A DNA stretch of 64,000 bases from Basidiobolus meristosporus CBS 931.73 (taxonomy: Eukaryota; Fungi; Basidiobolomycota): NCBI GenBank assembly GCA_002104905.1, contig MCFE01000016.1, positions 1 to 64,000 on the forward strand. The letters run 5' to 3'. The notes beneath the pieces were generated by a model. It saw nothing but the letters and a program-made list of their open reading frames with translations. It was not told where the DNA came from and did no database searches. Shown here piece after piece: positions 36,872-48,902 of this stretch. Numbering within the stretch: position 1 is the first letter of the stretch; each line of letters starts with the position of its first letter. A program made the translations under genes and the position numbers.

Positions 36872-37841
36872 ATGCCCTCGCAAAAGATCGAAACCTACTT
36901 CAAGAGGAAGGGCAATTCCAACACTACCTCCAAATTGTTCAAGACCCGCGTGCTTGATATTGACGCTGCAGAGCTCGCCAAACAGCTGACCCTCCACGAC
37001 TCCTACTTGTTCAATCTGATCAAGCCTGTAGAATGTATGAATGGTGCATGGCATCATGAGGAGGATTGGATGGCTGTAAACATCAAGACAATGCTACGTA
37101 CTTCTGAGCGGGTTGGTTTACGAAATAGCATACTTCTGCTCCTGGAATGTAATTCTGACGCCATTCTTTTCATTTAGATCAAGTATTGGATCGCACGCAC
37201 GATCATCAGTGAGCGTGAGCCGTCCAAACGCGGTTTCCTTATCAGCTATTTTATCAATGTTGCAACCGTAAGTGCACCATTAAGAAGTTGGATATTTATT
37301 GGGAAGCAGGCAACTAACTCTGGTAATGTAGGAATGTATCAATTTGAGAAACTTCAATACCTGTATGGCTATCTTGGAAGGTCTTCGGATTCCACCAATC
37401 CCTATACTTCGCACTTCCTGGCAGCTGGTCGGCCAGAAGTCCAAGCAAATGTTTGAAGAATTAAAGGTGCTCATGACTCCGGCGGGTAACTTCCCTTACT
37501 ACCGTCGCAGATTGGCCAGTCTCAATGGAGACCCCTGTGTCCCGTATCTGAGTAAGCGATGATTTTTGATGATACCAACGAGCTCAAACTTATGCTTCTC
37601 TTTTACAGAACTGATCTTGGATGATTTCGAAGACCCCCAGACAAACCTTAATTTCCAAATGATGAGTGAAGTTGAGCGCTACCAGAGTAGTTACGCGTTA
37701 CCTTGCTTCCAGGATATACAATCTTTCATCCTGCTGGCCTTGGAGCACCACGGTGATGAAAATGAGTTTCGAAGGATCGCTCAAAACTTCACTCAGGAAT
37801 ACGAGTACACTGCGAGCCCAGTTAGTAGGAATTATTATTAA
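36872..37841 (+). CDS. Stand-alone RasGEF (CDC25-like) domain protein, ~260 aa, paralog B
   Basis: Exons 36872-37111, 37178-37267, 37332-37551 and 37609-37841. Motifs ELAKQLTLHDSYLFNLIKPVEC, IKYWIARTII, LRNFNTCMAILEGL, NFPYYRRRL..PCVPYL. Shares three intron positions with paralog A. Confidence 0.88.
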
Positions 37842-38297
37842 TTTATAGAGAATACCCACATTGGGCACCCAATTTGTTCATAGAATATAGACGAAATTAT
37901 CCTACTCCATGCCGCGTACAATATTTTGTGCGCGAATTATAGAAAATAAAATGTGATAGACTGTTCTGTAAATTCACTCTCATCTTAACAATAGAATTGA
38001 GTATTTCGTGTATGGGGAAGTAATCGACTGCGTATCTATTGCGATATCCAGCATAACTTGAAAATGCAATACCTGATGTATGGCTGTCGAAAGCCATATA
38101 CATTACTTGGGGTTTGTTAATATTCACTACATGGCTGGACCATCTGAAAATACTCTACTATGTTCACGAATGAACACTAACATTATCCCGGAAAACCAGT
38201 GAGTATATTGCACGCCATTCTCACAGATCAGCTGCTTCGGGAGCCCTAGTGTATTCTATTTCTTCAAGACTCCATATGAATGGATTCCGGTGCGGGA

Positions 38298-39410
38298 TTA
38301 AACGTCAACATCAAAATAAATATACAGGAGTTGGAGCAAAATGCACATAATAAGAGCCGCATAGTGGTGTAAGCCATGTGCTGGGGGGCTAACATTAGAG
38401 GACACCTCTATGGAAGGCTCTGCCTCCGGAGGTAAAGGGGTATACGCTACACGATTTAGTTGGGCTGTTGCTTTGAACACATCACCAACTTTATAAAAAT
38501 CAACTGCAATGAAGTTTGGAATTTGATTGCGCTCTTTTGTACATTGCTGAACGTGTAGATTCAATTGATTGCCGTTTGTATGTGAGGCAATGTTCAGAGC
38601 TGGAATAGATATGTTTCCTCGACCGATGTTGAGCTCCGTGAAGGCAAAATGATTTAGGACAAATATAGGACGTGGTTGATTCTTCGGACGGTCAATACTA
38701 CAGTTGAAATGAGAATTGGACGGGACGGAGTACGGGGATTCCCATGCGTAGGTGAACTCATGATGAATCCTAAAAACCCCATAATCAGTAAAGTGTATAA
38801 AGCAGGCTGTTTACGCAGCAACTTACCACGGGAACCGAGGATCCGTCTTATTGTCGATGAAGATTACTAGACGTTTATTGCTTTGGATCATTTGTCTAAG
38901 TGTTGGCCAGGGCATCTCTGGTGCTTGAGTGAGCGCATATTTGTGTAGATCATTTTGCATAAAAACAGTAGCTATCAAATCTACAGGAATCATTGAGAAA
39001 TTTTCTAGGAAAATGGTCAAGACCTCTCCAGGGTTATTGTATAGAAATGAGTTAATTTCTTGCAAAGTAGTGCTTAGTGTACCAGCATCAAGAAGTTTGC
39101 AGTCGGTATGGCACAATTTAATGGTTTTCGGGTCCTCTGGCGTCAGATGAAGGTCTAACATCAAGCCACGGATACCATCCTTCAGTTGCTTCGAAATACG
39201 ATTGTTTTGATTTCCAGCCAGGTTGGGAACAAGGGAATAAGAGTTGTGAGTTGTAGCATAAGTCACTTCGTTAAACCTGCGACTACATAGCTCAGAATAC
39301 CCATTGCAGGATTTCAGTAGATTCAAAGCAACATCACTGGAGTTCTTGCTGATGAAGTCGGTCAATCCTACACTAAAATGGGCTAGTAGTAAAAGGAATG
39401 AGGCGAACAT
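38298..39410 (-). CDS. Secreted or anchored PLC-like phosphodiesterase (PI-PLC X-domain-like)
   Basis: Signal peptide MFASFLLLLAHFSVG. CNGYSELCSRRFNEVTYATTHNSY, NQ..ISKQLKDGIRGLMLDLH, NPGEVLTIFLEN, LNHF, PNFIAVDFY. Intron 38826-38770. Hydrophobic C-terminus. Confidence 0.88.
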
Positions 39411-39953
39411 TGGAGAACGTGCTTTAGAGTATGGAAATTCTTGCTGCTAGATTTAGAGCTCACTTTTATCTAACAATAAACTTTCATTCTGAAACAGAGT
39501 AGAACTGGTATGAAAGATGAATTCCAATAACCTGAAACCATACAAAACTTTGTTATAAAGTTGAATTAGTGTCTGACACTTTCGAAAATTGCCGTTGTAG
39601 ATTGGGTTGGAAATGGAGCTATTTTGTAAATTGTAACGATATCAAGCGGTCACACACCAACTTCATTTCACAACTTATCTATACCAATGAAAGCATCTTC
39701 TACTTCAAGCACAGTAAATGGCTTTCTACCACATGCGAATATGTTAAACATCAACAGTTACTTCATCTGCAGTTCCAAAATCCACCTGTTTATTATAAAT
39801 GTGTAAGGTATAAATCAGATATATACGATTACGTGTAGCAAAGAGCATATCTTTGCGCATGTTGCGCCTGTACGCCTATTTGGCAGCTCTTCTATTGTTC
39901 TGATAACCTGGCTTGGCTGCATACTCTGATAATCAGCTTGCTCAAGGCAGTCT

Positions 39954-40495
39954 TTAGTAGGATAGCTTGCTCTTTTCCTCAGGGTTGAATTTTTGGAATT
40001 GACTGCAACCAAGAACTGTAGTAACGACTTTGAACTTTCCTCTAATCTTTTCCAGAAGCTCAATAAGTTCCAGCTCAAGAACATTTTCTAAGGGAAAGCT
40101 CTCAACCATAGAAAGTAGACTGTTCAGTTGTCTAAGAGCCCTGGGGCAAATGGTCAGTTAGCAAATTTCGAATAACCAAAGTGTGGGTTGGTGTGTACTT
40201 TTTCAAGTTCAGGTTGGGGTATGCTTCGGCGAGTTTTAACCACATAGTAGTACAACCTTTGTAATACCCTACTTCTTGAGCGATCGCATAACCGTTGAAG
40301 CAACCGAGGACTCTTCCCTCCACGATTCCGGCTTCTTTGCCAGCTCGGAGACCATCCTCTCTTCCATGTTCAGTGAACCTGTAGAAGATCAGAACACTGC
40401 CTCGAAAAGCTTTGTTAAATGTTTACCTACATTTCCTCAAGATAGGTCAAGTTATCAAGAGCTTTTGCGATGTCTGTCTGATTTGGATTTTCCAT
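39954..40495 (-). CDS. LTO1: Lto1/ORAOV1 homolog (Yae1-Lto1 Fe-S targeting complex for Rli1/ABCE1)
   Basis: Spliced: MENPNQTDIAKALDNLTYLEEM|FTEHGREDGLRAGKEAGIVEGRVLGCFNGYAIAQEVGYYKG..|ALRQLNSLLSMVESFP..LLEKIRGKFKVVTTVLG..KLSY*. Deca-GX3 pattern and IRGKFK motif. Confidence 0.88.
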
Positions 40496-41120
40496 TTGTA
40501 CGTGTTCAAGCAACACTACCCTGGTGTGTTCGACATGCTTTTGTAGGAAAATTCGGAAAAAAAAGAGTTCCAATCATATCTTGGTAATGGGAGGTAGATT
40601 TGATATTAGTAATCGAATCGGATCACATATTTATATAAAGAACATATACACCTGGTACGTTCCATATAGACATTATGCGGCTATATTCCAGGTTATCGTC
40701 TATGTATTTGTCGATACGCTTTGGGACATAAAATCAAATCCAACGGATCGGTAGGTGAAGCTGTTTTGGAACAGTCGAATTAGAGGAATGTACTCCTATA
40801 GCAGAGTTATCGAAAATATATACAACTTTAGAATCATTTGAGTGATTTTAAAATGTTTTTGACTTGAGTTTTCAGTTCAAATAGACAAACTTGTGTGTAG
40901 GTAACTAATGATCTCCCAGCACCAAACACGCTTCTCAAGTATGTTATATGTATATATCTAACAACAATGTCTATTAGTTTACATATCTTTATTCCAGAAA
41001 GCCTCAATCAAATTAATTTTGTGACTAGATTTTGATGTCAAGCCACTTGGGTAAATTAGAAGCAAACCGGGTAGTGCTAGATTTATTATACTGGTTGACA
41101 AATTCCTACAATACTAGAGC

Positions 41121-41884
41121 TTATTTATCAGCAAATGCCATGCTCCAAAATCTTTCCTCAAATTCAGCGATGGTTAGGAAAATTTCCTCGGCAGCTTGCA
41201 GAAGCGATTCAGATCCACCTGAAGCCGTGCTAAGGGAGACCCGATATTCAGATTCTAATGTCCTCTCGAGTTCAGTGACAAATTTCTTGAAGTCTTTGTT
41301 TCCCCAGCGTTCAGGAAATTCTTGATACTTGGGCTCGACCCTCGACAAAATCTTCGACCAGGCGGTATTATACGACGCCTCAATTGCCCATATGGAGAGT
41401 ATCTGAAGATAGTAGGGCAGTGTGGGGACTCGGTCGGTCATGAACCTTCCATACTCGGCGCAAATGACTTGCTTAGTCACTTCCTCTTTGTCGAAGCTCC
41501 CAAGCTTTCTTCCCCACCCTTTGGAAGGGGTCTTCATGCTCCTTTCTTCCAGCTTTCGATCAAACCAAGTCAACTCATCCTTCATGAAAGTGCAGGAGGT
41601 AAACAAGACATCCAAATGTCCGAGCGGAGCCACCCTGAGTAGATTTCCGAGCATTTTGGCGAAGTCGATTGCATATAAATAGTCTAAGTATGTTGCTTCG
41701 TTAGAATACAATCTTTCAGGTAAGCTGTAGTCAAAGTAACAATACCTTGTTGTAACCAAGCATTGAATTGCCTATCGGTAATGGTACCATCGGCGACGCC
41801 GTTAAGGAAGGGATGTTCGGTGGCAGCTTGCCACTGCTTCGAGTACTTGGAGAGAAGGTGGTCAACTAGAGAGAATTCGGCCAT
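41121..41884 (-). CDS. TenA/THI-4 family protein, TenA_E (Cys-less) subfamily; thiamine-pyrimidine salvage
   Basis: WQAATEHPFL..FNAWLQQ|DYLY, ELTWF, IWAIEASYNTAW, ERWGNKDF and EFEERFWSMA. One intron. Confidence 0.88.
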
Positions 41885-42364
41885 TTTTACGATTTGTTTG
41901 TGTTGCGGTGGCTTTTATAACGTGCAACTGGTAGGAAAAGTCATGTGCAGATGAAAATGATAACGATTAATATTTATGGGGATGATCACTGACCGATGTT
42001 AAAATGATGCAAGATGAGTTAGATTTCATTGGAAACGAGCAGCCCTTGAATTTGCCATTTCCAGGTAACGTCACTTTTTTGGCGGTTAGTTATACATTCA
42101 GAGAGGGCCTAAACATCGTGTTTTGAACAACAGAATTCCATTGGCAGTGGCGTGTGTCGACAATACTGGAGTTCTGGCAAAGGAATTTTGAATTCCTCTA
42201 GGTGTTAAAAGTGGGTTCATTGGGAAGCAATGGCTTTTGCAAGGAAAAGGTTAGTCAATTTAGCCACCAAGGTTCCTGCGGCAGGGTTGTTATATTACAA
42301 CAATAATACAATGCAAAATGATTTAGTAGTCACATGAGAAAAGTGTGTAAGTACCGAGCGTTAT

Positions 42365-43039
42365 TTAGACTATGCACGAAGTAGGAGGCGGTGATGAGGT
42401 TTCCTTTTTGAACTTCAAAGTTAGTTTACGTGCCGATTTAAGGCTGGCTCCTCGGAATCCCTAGAGAGATTTAAGATCAGCCCCCGAACCGAAGTAAGAT
42501 GGAATATCGGTCCATACCAATAATAAATATACAACTCCCACAGAGAAGATACACCATCCTGGAATTTCGACAAACAGGGACCAATTCTGTCTTGTATTAC
42601 TAGCGATCTGATCTTTGCATAAACTCAGCAAGGTGTTTCCAATCCTGCAAAATGAGAATGTTACGAGATGTCATGGGTGAGATTATCCACAGTTTACTGA
42701 CCAGCATTGCACCATCCCGATATATCCCAATCCATGATTCTCGTCGAAAAACGGGAAGTACACGTACAACCGCTGTGGGTAGCCAGACTCAGCCATGAGA
42801 ACGATCAAAATTTGAATGATAAGCACAATCCGGTTGATAAACTGAAAGAATCCATTCTCCTACAAGTGTTATTAGGTATGAGTAAATGTCGCAGATAATT
42901 CGAATATGCATCTCCTTACTACTCCAATCAGGTGGAATAACTCGATGTTTAGATACATGCAACTCAGTATTGCGTAGATACACGAAAGGAAAGACCAAAC
43001 TCGAAGGGAGTTCAACAGAACATGCGTGATCGAAATCAT
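42365..43039 (-). CDS. Hypothetical multi-pass membrane protein (4 exons)
   Basis: Spliced reading MISITHVLLNSLRVWSFLSCIYAILSCMYLNIELFHLIGV|ENGFFQFINRIVLIIQILIVLMAESGYPQRLYVYFPFFDENHGLGYIGMVQC|WIGNTLLS..IPGWCIFSVGVVYLLL|GFRGASLKSARKL..CIV*. All junctions are GT-AG and phase-consistent, with about four hydrophobic segments. Not in the ORF track in this frame. Confidence 0.7.
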
Positions 43040-43641
43040 GAGAGTATAGATAAGTTTTTTGTGGAGAGAAGACTGTTGGTGAATGCTGGTGGGTTCTATT
43101 CTTTATATATTCGTCGGGAGCATCAATTCCGTTGCATGGTAGTCATCAGTTCTTGCCTCATTTCTTTGTTTACCAAACACTGGGGAATATCTACTTTATT
43201 AAAACTTTGCAACTTGTTTACGATGGTAAGGTTTTCATAGCTCTAATAGCTCCAAGATACACTTCAAATGCTCAGCAAAACCTGATTCTGATCAAGACAC
43301 TGTTACACGGCTACTCAAGCATTGTTTTGACATGCTGTGGTATCATTAGAAGTGATGGTCTCCTATCCTTTGATTCGAAATGAAGTTTTCTATTTATTTG
43401 ATGTAATTGATTTTGTCGCATCAGCATAGCCATCTCAACTCAAGCGACTTGACCAGCTTTGCTAAAATCCGCCTTGATCCCAGCAAACTTAAGTGAAAAA
43501 CCAGCAACTGATATATTGCACATTTATTTAAATTAGTTGCGCATCCTCACTGAAAAGGATCAGCTTAGCTGCGCATTAAATACATTTCCATGATCCATCA
43601 GAGAGTAAAACGTTATGCAGAGGTGTTTATATACCAAAACT

Positions 43642-44741
43642 TCAATCCGCCTTCTTGTCAATCAATGAAGGATTAGCAAAGACGCGTTCAAGTTTCTTGC
43701 CTATGGAAGCTCCTTGGAAGCCGTCTAAGAAACGATGATCCAGAGTAGCGCAGATGTTTACCATAGGACGAACCGCGGGTTTACCATCCACCACCACAAC
43801 ATGATCTTTGATGGCACCGATCATGACAAACAGAGATACATTAGTGTATGGGGAAAATGGTACGTAGGCCTAGATAAAGAAAAAATAAGTGAATAGTCCA
43901 TAGGCAGGTTAAAAGCTTAAACCATACATCTTCAATTCCGAGCATCCCTACACTGGTCACAATGCAGCAGCCAAAAGGTCGTTTCTCCATACCAAACATG
44001 GACATATCGATTCCTACGACATTACTAGCCCATCCCACGAAATACATCTAGAAATATCAGTTAATTATCTCGATTTGTGTTCAACACTTGATCTTGCAAG
44101 ATTTCAAACGTACCACAGTTCTAATAACCCATACAGGAAGGAATTTCATGGGGCCCATGGATTTTGACATGTTCTTATCCGAACCGGAGCGGATAGGCTT
44201 TACTTTGGAGTTCAAGATAGAAGCAACCTCGCGAATAGATTTCTTATCGATGGCCTCAACTTTCGCTTGGTAGAGATTACGGCCTCCAAGCACCTGAACT
44301 ACATTATGGGATCATGTTAGCAGTGCCCTCGTAACGTTAAAACAATGCACTGCTGAAGATCTTACCCAAGAACGAAATATCCAACGTTTTGTTCGGTAGA
44401 AACCTATTCCACAGGATTCTGCGATTCAAATCTGGTGCATCCTTGAGACATTCGGCGAGTGCTCTGCCAACAAAATGTGTTACTGTAACCCTGTTGACAT
44501 CGTTGGGCTCCAAGCCTTCGTTTTTTTCTTTGATATAGGCAAGCATCTCCGTGCAATCCAAGGCAGCTTTAGTGAAGATGCATCCTTCGCGTGGAGCACC
44601 CCAAGTAGCAAGCATCACCTTCTGGCGGGGACTCTGACCAATCGTAGACCATAGCCAGTGAATGCTAAAAGCACCGCCGATTACAAAAAGAGTAAAGGGA
44701 GAGAGTGTCAGTTCTAAGGTATCAGTGTTGAAACTGAACAT
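43642..44741 (-). CDS. 2-oxoacid dehydrogenase E2-like acyltransferase, catalytic domain only, with N-terminal hydrophobic segment
   Basis: Four exons. VTVTHFVGRALAECLKDAPDLN, DISFL|VQVLGG, DKKSIREVA, FGCCIVTSVGMLG, and the E2 catalytic motif TLDHRFLDG at ~43720-43745. Confidence 0.85.
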
Positions 44742-45783
44742 GATGTAAAATGAGATTATTTCAAGGCAAAGCGTGAAATATATATGGGCCAGATACCTGG
44801 CTGAATATTATTATCCCTCTCCAATCAGAAAAATGATTTCTCATTTGGTCAAACAGAAATCACTATATTACAGTGAAGCCCTAACTATGGATGTTTAAAG
44901 TAATAAAGTCTTCATTTGATTTAGACTTTATTTGACTTAATTGGCCTCTTCAGTTCTCTCGGCAACTGATAGAGTCCATTTTCGTACACTGAAGTCAAAG
45001 CTCCGACTTGAGATTTCAAATTAAGGAATTGATCTATTTCATGCATTCGCTTTCATATGTGAATTCACATGCAAATTGATCAACAAGGCAAAATGGATAT
45101 ATGTGCCCATTAACTAGTAACAGAACATGTCCATATACCTTTCAAGCGCCTATAAAGCTGGAGTGATAGCGCGTAAAAGCTCACCAATGTAATAGAGTAT
45201 TTCATGACTTCCCCATCTCTCTGATCAGGCAGACAGCTTACAACTAAATTTGTGTAGCATTATTCGTGTGAAATAGTCCATCATCCTATAACATCCCATC
45301 TATCGCATGCAGATGCAACATGCTCATGATAGTATATATATATCCAATGGTCTATTCAGACGTTAATCAGGCCGTGTGCATGCTACGTTATTGGGTAGGT
45401 CGGTGGAAGGAGCGAGACAACCTTCGAGACCTGGTTGTTGGAATATCCATATCGGTACACGGATTAAGTTACAGTTACCAAGTAGGTAGTACGATAGGGT
45501 CGTACTTTCTAGTGGAGATGGTTTAATTTATGGGTTAACTTCGTGATTGTAAATACTCGATATTACCCAAATATCCTGGTATACTGATCGAATCATGGTG
45601 GATTTGATCTGATTTATTTCATGCAAAAGGATTGGCTTAAAAAAGGGACTACCCCCTTGAATTATTTTTTCTATCAAGAGAATCGTTGAGGTCTTGGTAC
45701 AAAAGAATACCACTAATCTTGGCTATTTTTCCTCCTCTTCTGTTTCGTGGTCGAAACGTACATCTCATTCGATCTGAATACAA

Positions 45784-46406
45784 ATGGCTCCTAAAGGTAT
45801 GCATAGCTTCCGGTTAATCTAAATTCGAGCAGTCATTAGGAGTAGATGTGAAAGCAGGATCATGTGTAGTGGACAATCCCAATGATGCAACCTTTTCATC
45901 CATCAATTCCTGATGCTGTATCATTTAATATGTCCAAATAGTAGATTCACCTACTAACTACCTTCGAACATATAGTTGCTTCCGAGAAGAACAAGGCCCT
46001 TGCTGCCAAGAAGGCTGCTTTGAAGGGTGTAAATGGCAAGACCACTCGCAAGGTCCGTACCTCCACCACCTTCCGCCTTCCCAAGACCCTCCGTCTTGCT
46101 CGCGCCCCTCGTTATCCTCGTAAGTCTGTTCCCAGCGCCCCCCGCATGGATCAGTACGAGGTTGTCCGTTCTCCTTTGAACACTGAAACCGCCATCAAGA
46201 AGATCGAAGATAACAACACCTTGGTTTTCTTGTGCGATGTTCGCGCCAACAAGAGACAAATCCGCGATGCTGTTAAGCGTTTGTATGATGTCGATGCCGC
46301 CAAGATCAACACCCTTATTCGTCCTGATGGTCAAAAGAAGGCTTACGTTCGTCTTACCGCTGATGTTGATGCTTTGGACGTTGCCAACAAGATCGGCTTC
46401 ATCTAA
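45784..46406 (+). CDS. RPL25: 60S ribosomal protein L25/L23a (uL23)
   Basis: Exon 1 45784-45796 (ATGGCTCCTAAAG), intron 45797-45975. [60 protein letters not shown]. Strong codon bias. Confidence 0.97.
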
Positions 46407-47102
46407 ACCTTCAATAAATCTTGAGAAAATTGAACTGATTTCATTTCTTCTCGCGTTTACTACCAGTTGTAATAAACTTGTAAAACTTGGATATAGTTTG
46501 AAAAGTTGCCAATGTTTTTTGAACATTTAGTTTTCCTGTATAGTCCTCCGTGGAGGTTTACGGAATAAAATTTTCGACCTGTGAATACGGTTGTCCTGTT
46601 CAAGTTGTAAATCCGACTGCTACTATGGATAAGCCCTACTATAGGCCTGGGTGATTATATCCTGTTACATCAATTATATAGCTAGTTATAGCTCATAAAT
46701 ATTGTAGGTGCTATAATATCAAATAGGCATTGTATCATAGGCCAACGCCCTTTGTTCAAGAACTCCATCATGTACATAAAGCCACAATGATATTCGTGTT
46801 GGGTTGATTGGTTATTGGTTCTGAGGTTTGAACATCTGTGGGGTCAAGCACCATTTGATGGAAAATGTTATGCCTATGATAATGTAACTAGTGTATTGTT
46901 TATAACTGTTATAGAACGTATTAATGATCGAAGATGATGTATTTTACATCAAAGGTTCGGTTTATTGTGGTTCTTCGAGCCTGGTAGACTCGATTTCAGG
47001 CCTATAAAGAACAAAAACATGAGAAGAATAAATGTTTAACAATGATAATATGTTCTCCAACTACTGCTAATGAGCAAATGAATTGGATCTTGATGAATAG
47101 TA

Positions 47103-48373
47103 TTACTGGCTAGTTAACCAAGCCTCAATCACTTTCTTCATTTGTGAAGAAGCATCACCCTTAGATTTACTATAGAGCTCAAGAATTCTTTCGGATGCCA
47201 TAATGTCAAGCTCAGATAGTCGCTTGGTATTGCCAGTAGAATTTCTGGATGAGCCAGGTCCTGGCTTGAGAAGGCGTGTGGTACACTAACGAGATACAGA
47301 CAGTTATTAGGTATATCAATCCAAGTATGACATATAAATGTTAGCACTTACAGCTTTAATACCATAAAGGCCACGAGTATGATCAGTGCATAGTTCGATT
47401 ACGTGACAGAATTCCTTCAATGCCATTGCTACGTTATCCATGGTAAATAGAACCTGTTTTGCCAACGTATACAGTTAGAAAATCGATACATAAATGGCTG
47501 TCTGTAACCTTCATCAAATGATACGAACCTCTGCATATTTCAGATGAAAAAGATGATTCAATGGCTGCAAGAGGATCACCTCTTCGAGGCAAAATGCGGC
47601 TTGTTGATACCTGGCATGTGAAAAGATGTAAAAAATATTGTTTTCATGAAGCATAAATAAATGACATACATGAACTGATCTAAGTAGAGTTCGCATAGTT
47701 CGAGCCAAGCTTCGATGTCATTGAAATGAATGTCTAAGTATTTAGATAAGCTTTGGATGGCTTCGATGGTAGAGCCACGGGCCTTTTGAATTGCGATTTG
47801 TCGCTTGACAGCCATCTATAGAGAAATGTATGTTACTACTACCTAAAATCGACAATAATTGAAAACATCCGCATTGCTTACAATGTTGGTAGGATCTTCG
47901 GTAAGGATATCGCTGTAAAGATTATATGCTTCATCGAGTTTACCTTCGGCCTCTAGGGACATACCCTGAAGACGCTGAACTCGGTGGGATTTAGAGAAAC
48001 GAGCTTGGAGTTTGTCTAGACAGGCCTAAGTAACAGTGTAAGTGTTTCATATAACCTTTTTTACTTGATCTTGTCATAACAAACCTTTGCTAAATCAAAT
48101 CTTCCTTCATCAAGCGCAGCAATCAACACTTGCTCATAAACACCCCAAACTTCAAGAAAAGTAGCAAGATAAAGTTTAAATTTCCAATTTCAGGTGTAAA
48201 CGTAGAGTAGGCTACAGGATAAAGATGGAGTTACCTTCATCACCGAGTTGTCTGGCATATCCCCCAAAGAGAATCTTTTCACCTAGCTCTACAACCACAT
48301 CGGGGCGACGCTCACCAGTCAAGTTCAAATCATGAAGTCTCGCATATGCGGTATTGTAGTCAAAGCTAACCAT
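47103..48373 (-). CDS. EMC2: ER membrane protein complex subunit 2 (TPR protein)
   Basis: Multi-exon. E|VWGVYEQVLIAALD, FSKSHRVQRLQGM, LSKYLDIHFNDIEAWLELCELY, AAFCLEEVILLQPLNHLFHLKYAE, RGLYGI. Last exon ends EAWLTSQ*. Confidence 0.92.
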
Positions 48374-48902
48374 TTGAAGAAAATAAGACACCCTTGTGTT
48401 GACGAAGATTCAGGTTCGAGTACAGAGTTATAGAAGTATTATTCCTCGAACTTCAAATAATTTACCGAACTTTGTTTAAGTTATTCTACTATTTTTTATC
48501 AATATTCACCAATCATTTACAACAAGGTACGAATCATGTGATACATGCCTTGGTTGGATAATATTACAAGATCCATCACAGCAGGAATTCAATTCTCGGA
48601 CCCTGAATAAAAGGAAATTCTGGATTCTTACTTGACATACACACACCGGCAAGAGCAGTCTTGCCGTTTCGAGAAAGCCCTTTTACCTTGAACTTTTATA
48701 CCTGGCTACTACACAACGATCTCTAGATAATTCCATAGTCAAGAATTATTTCACTTACATGTCAGTTAATAGAAATATAGTGATTCTTAATGTAGGAGTA
48801 ATACCATTTACTTTGGATGAACTGATCGAAAGGTAGCCTCAATGAGAAATCAAGGCCAATTTTTTGCCATTACCAAGGTTACCACTTCCTAGCTTTGTAA
48901 GT

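Noticed and set aside
45057-45070. 14-bp perfect palindrome ATGTGAATTCACAT between the E2-like gene and RPL25
   Set aside because: Single occurrence in AT-rich DNA, with no supporting context.
45954-46526. 190-aa minus-strand ORF
   Set aside because: Exact antisense shadow of the highly codon-biased RPL25 exon.
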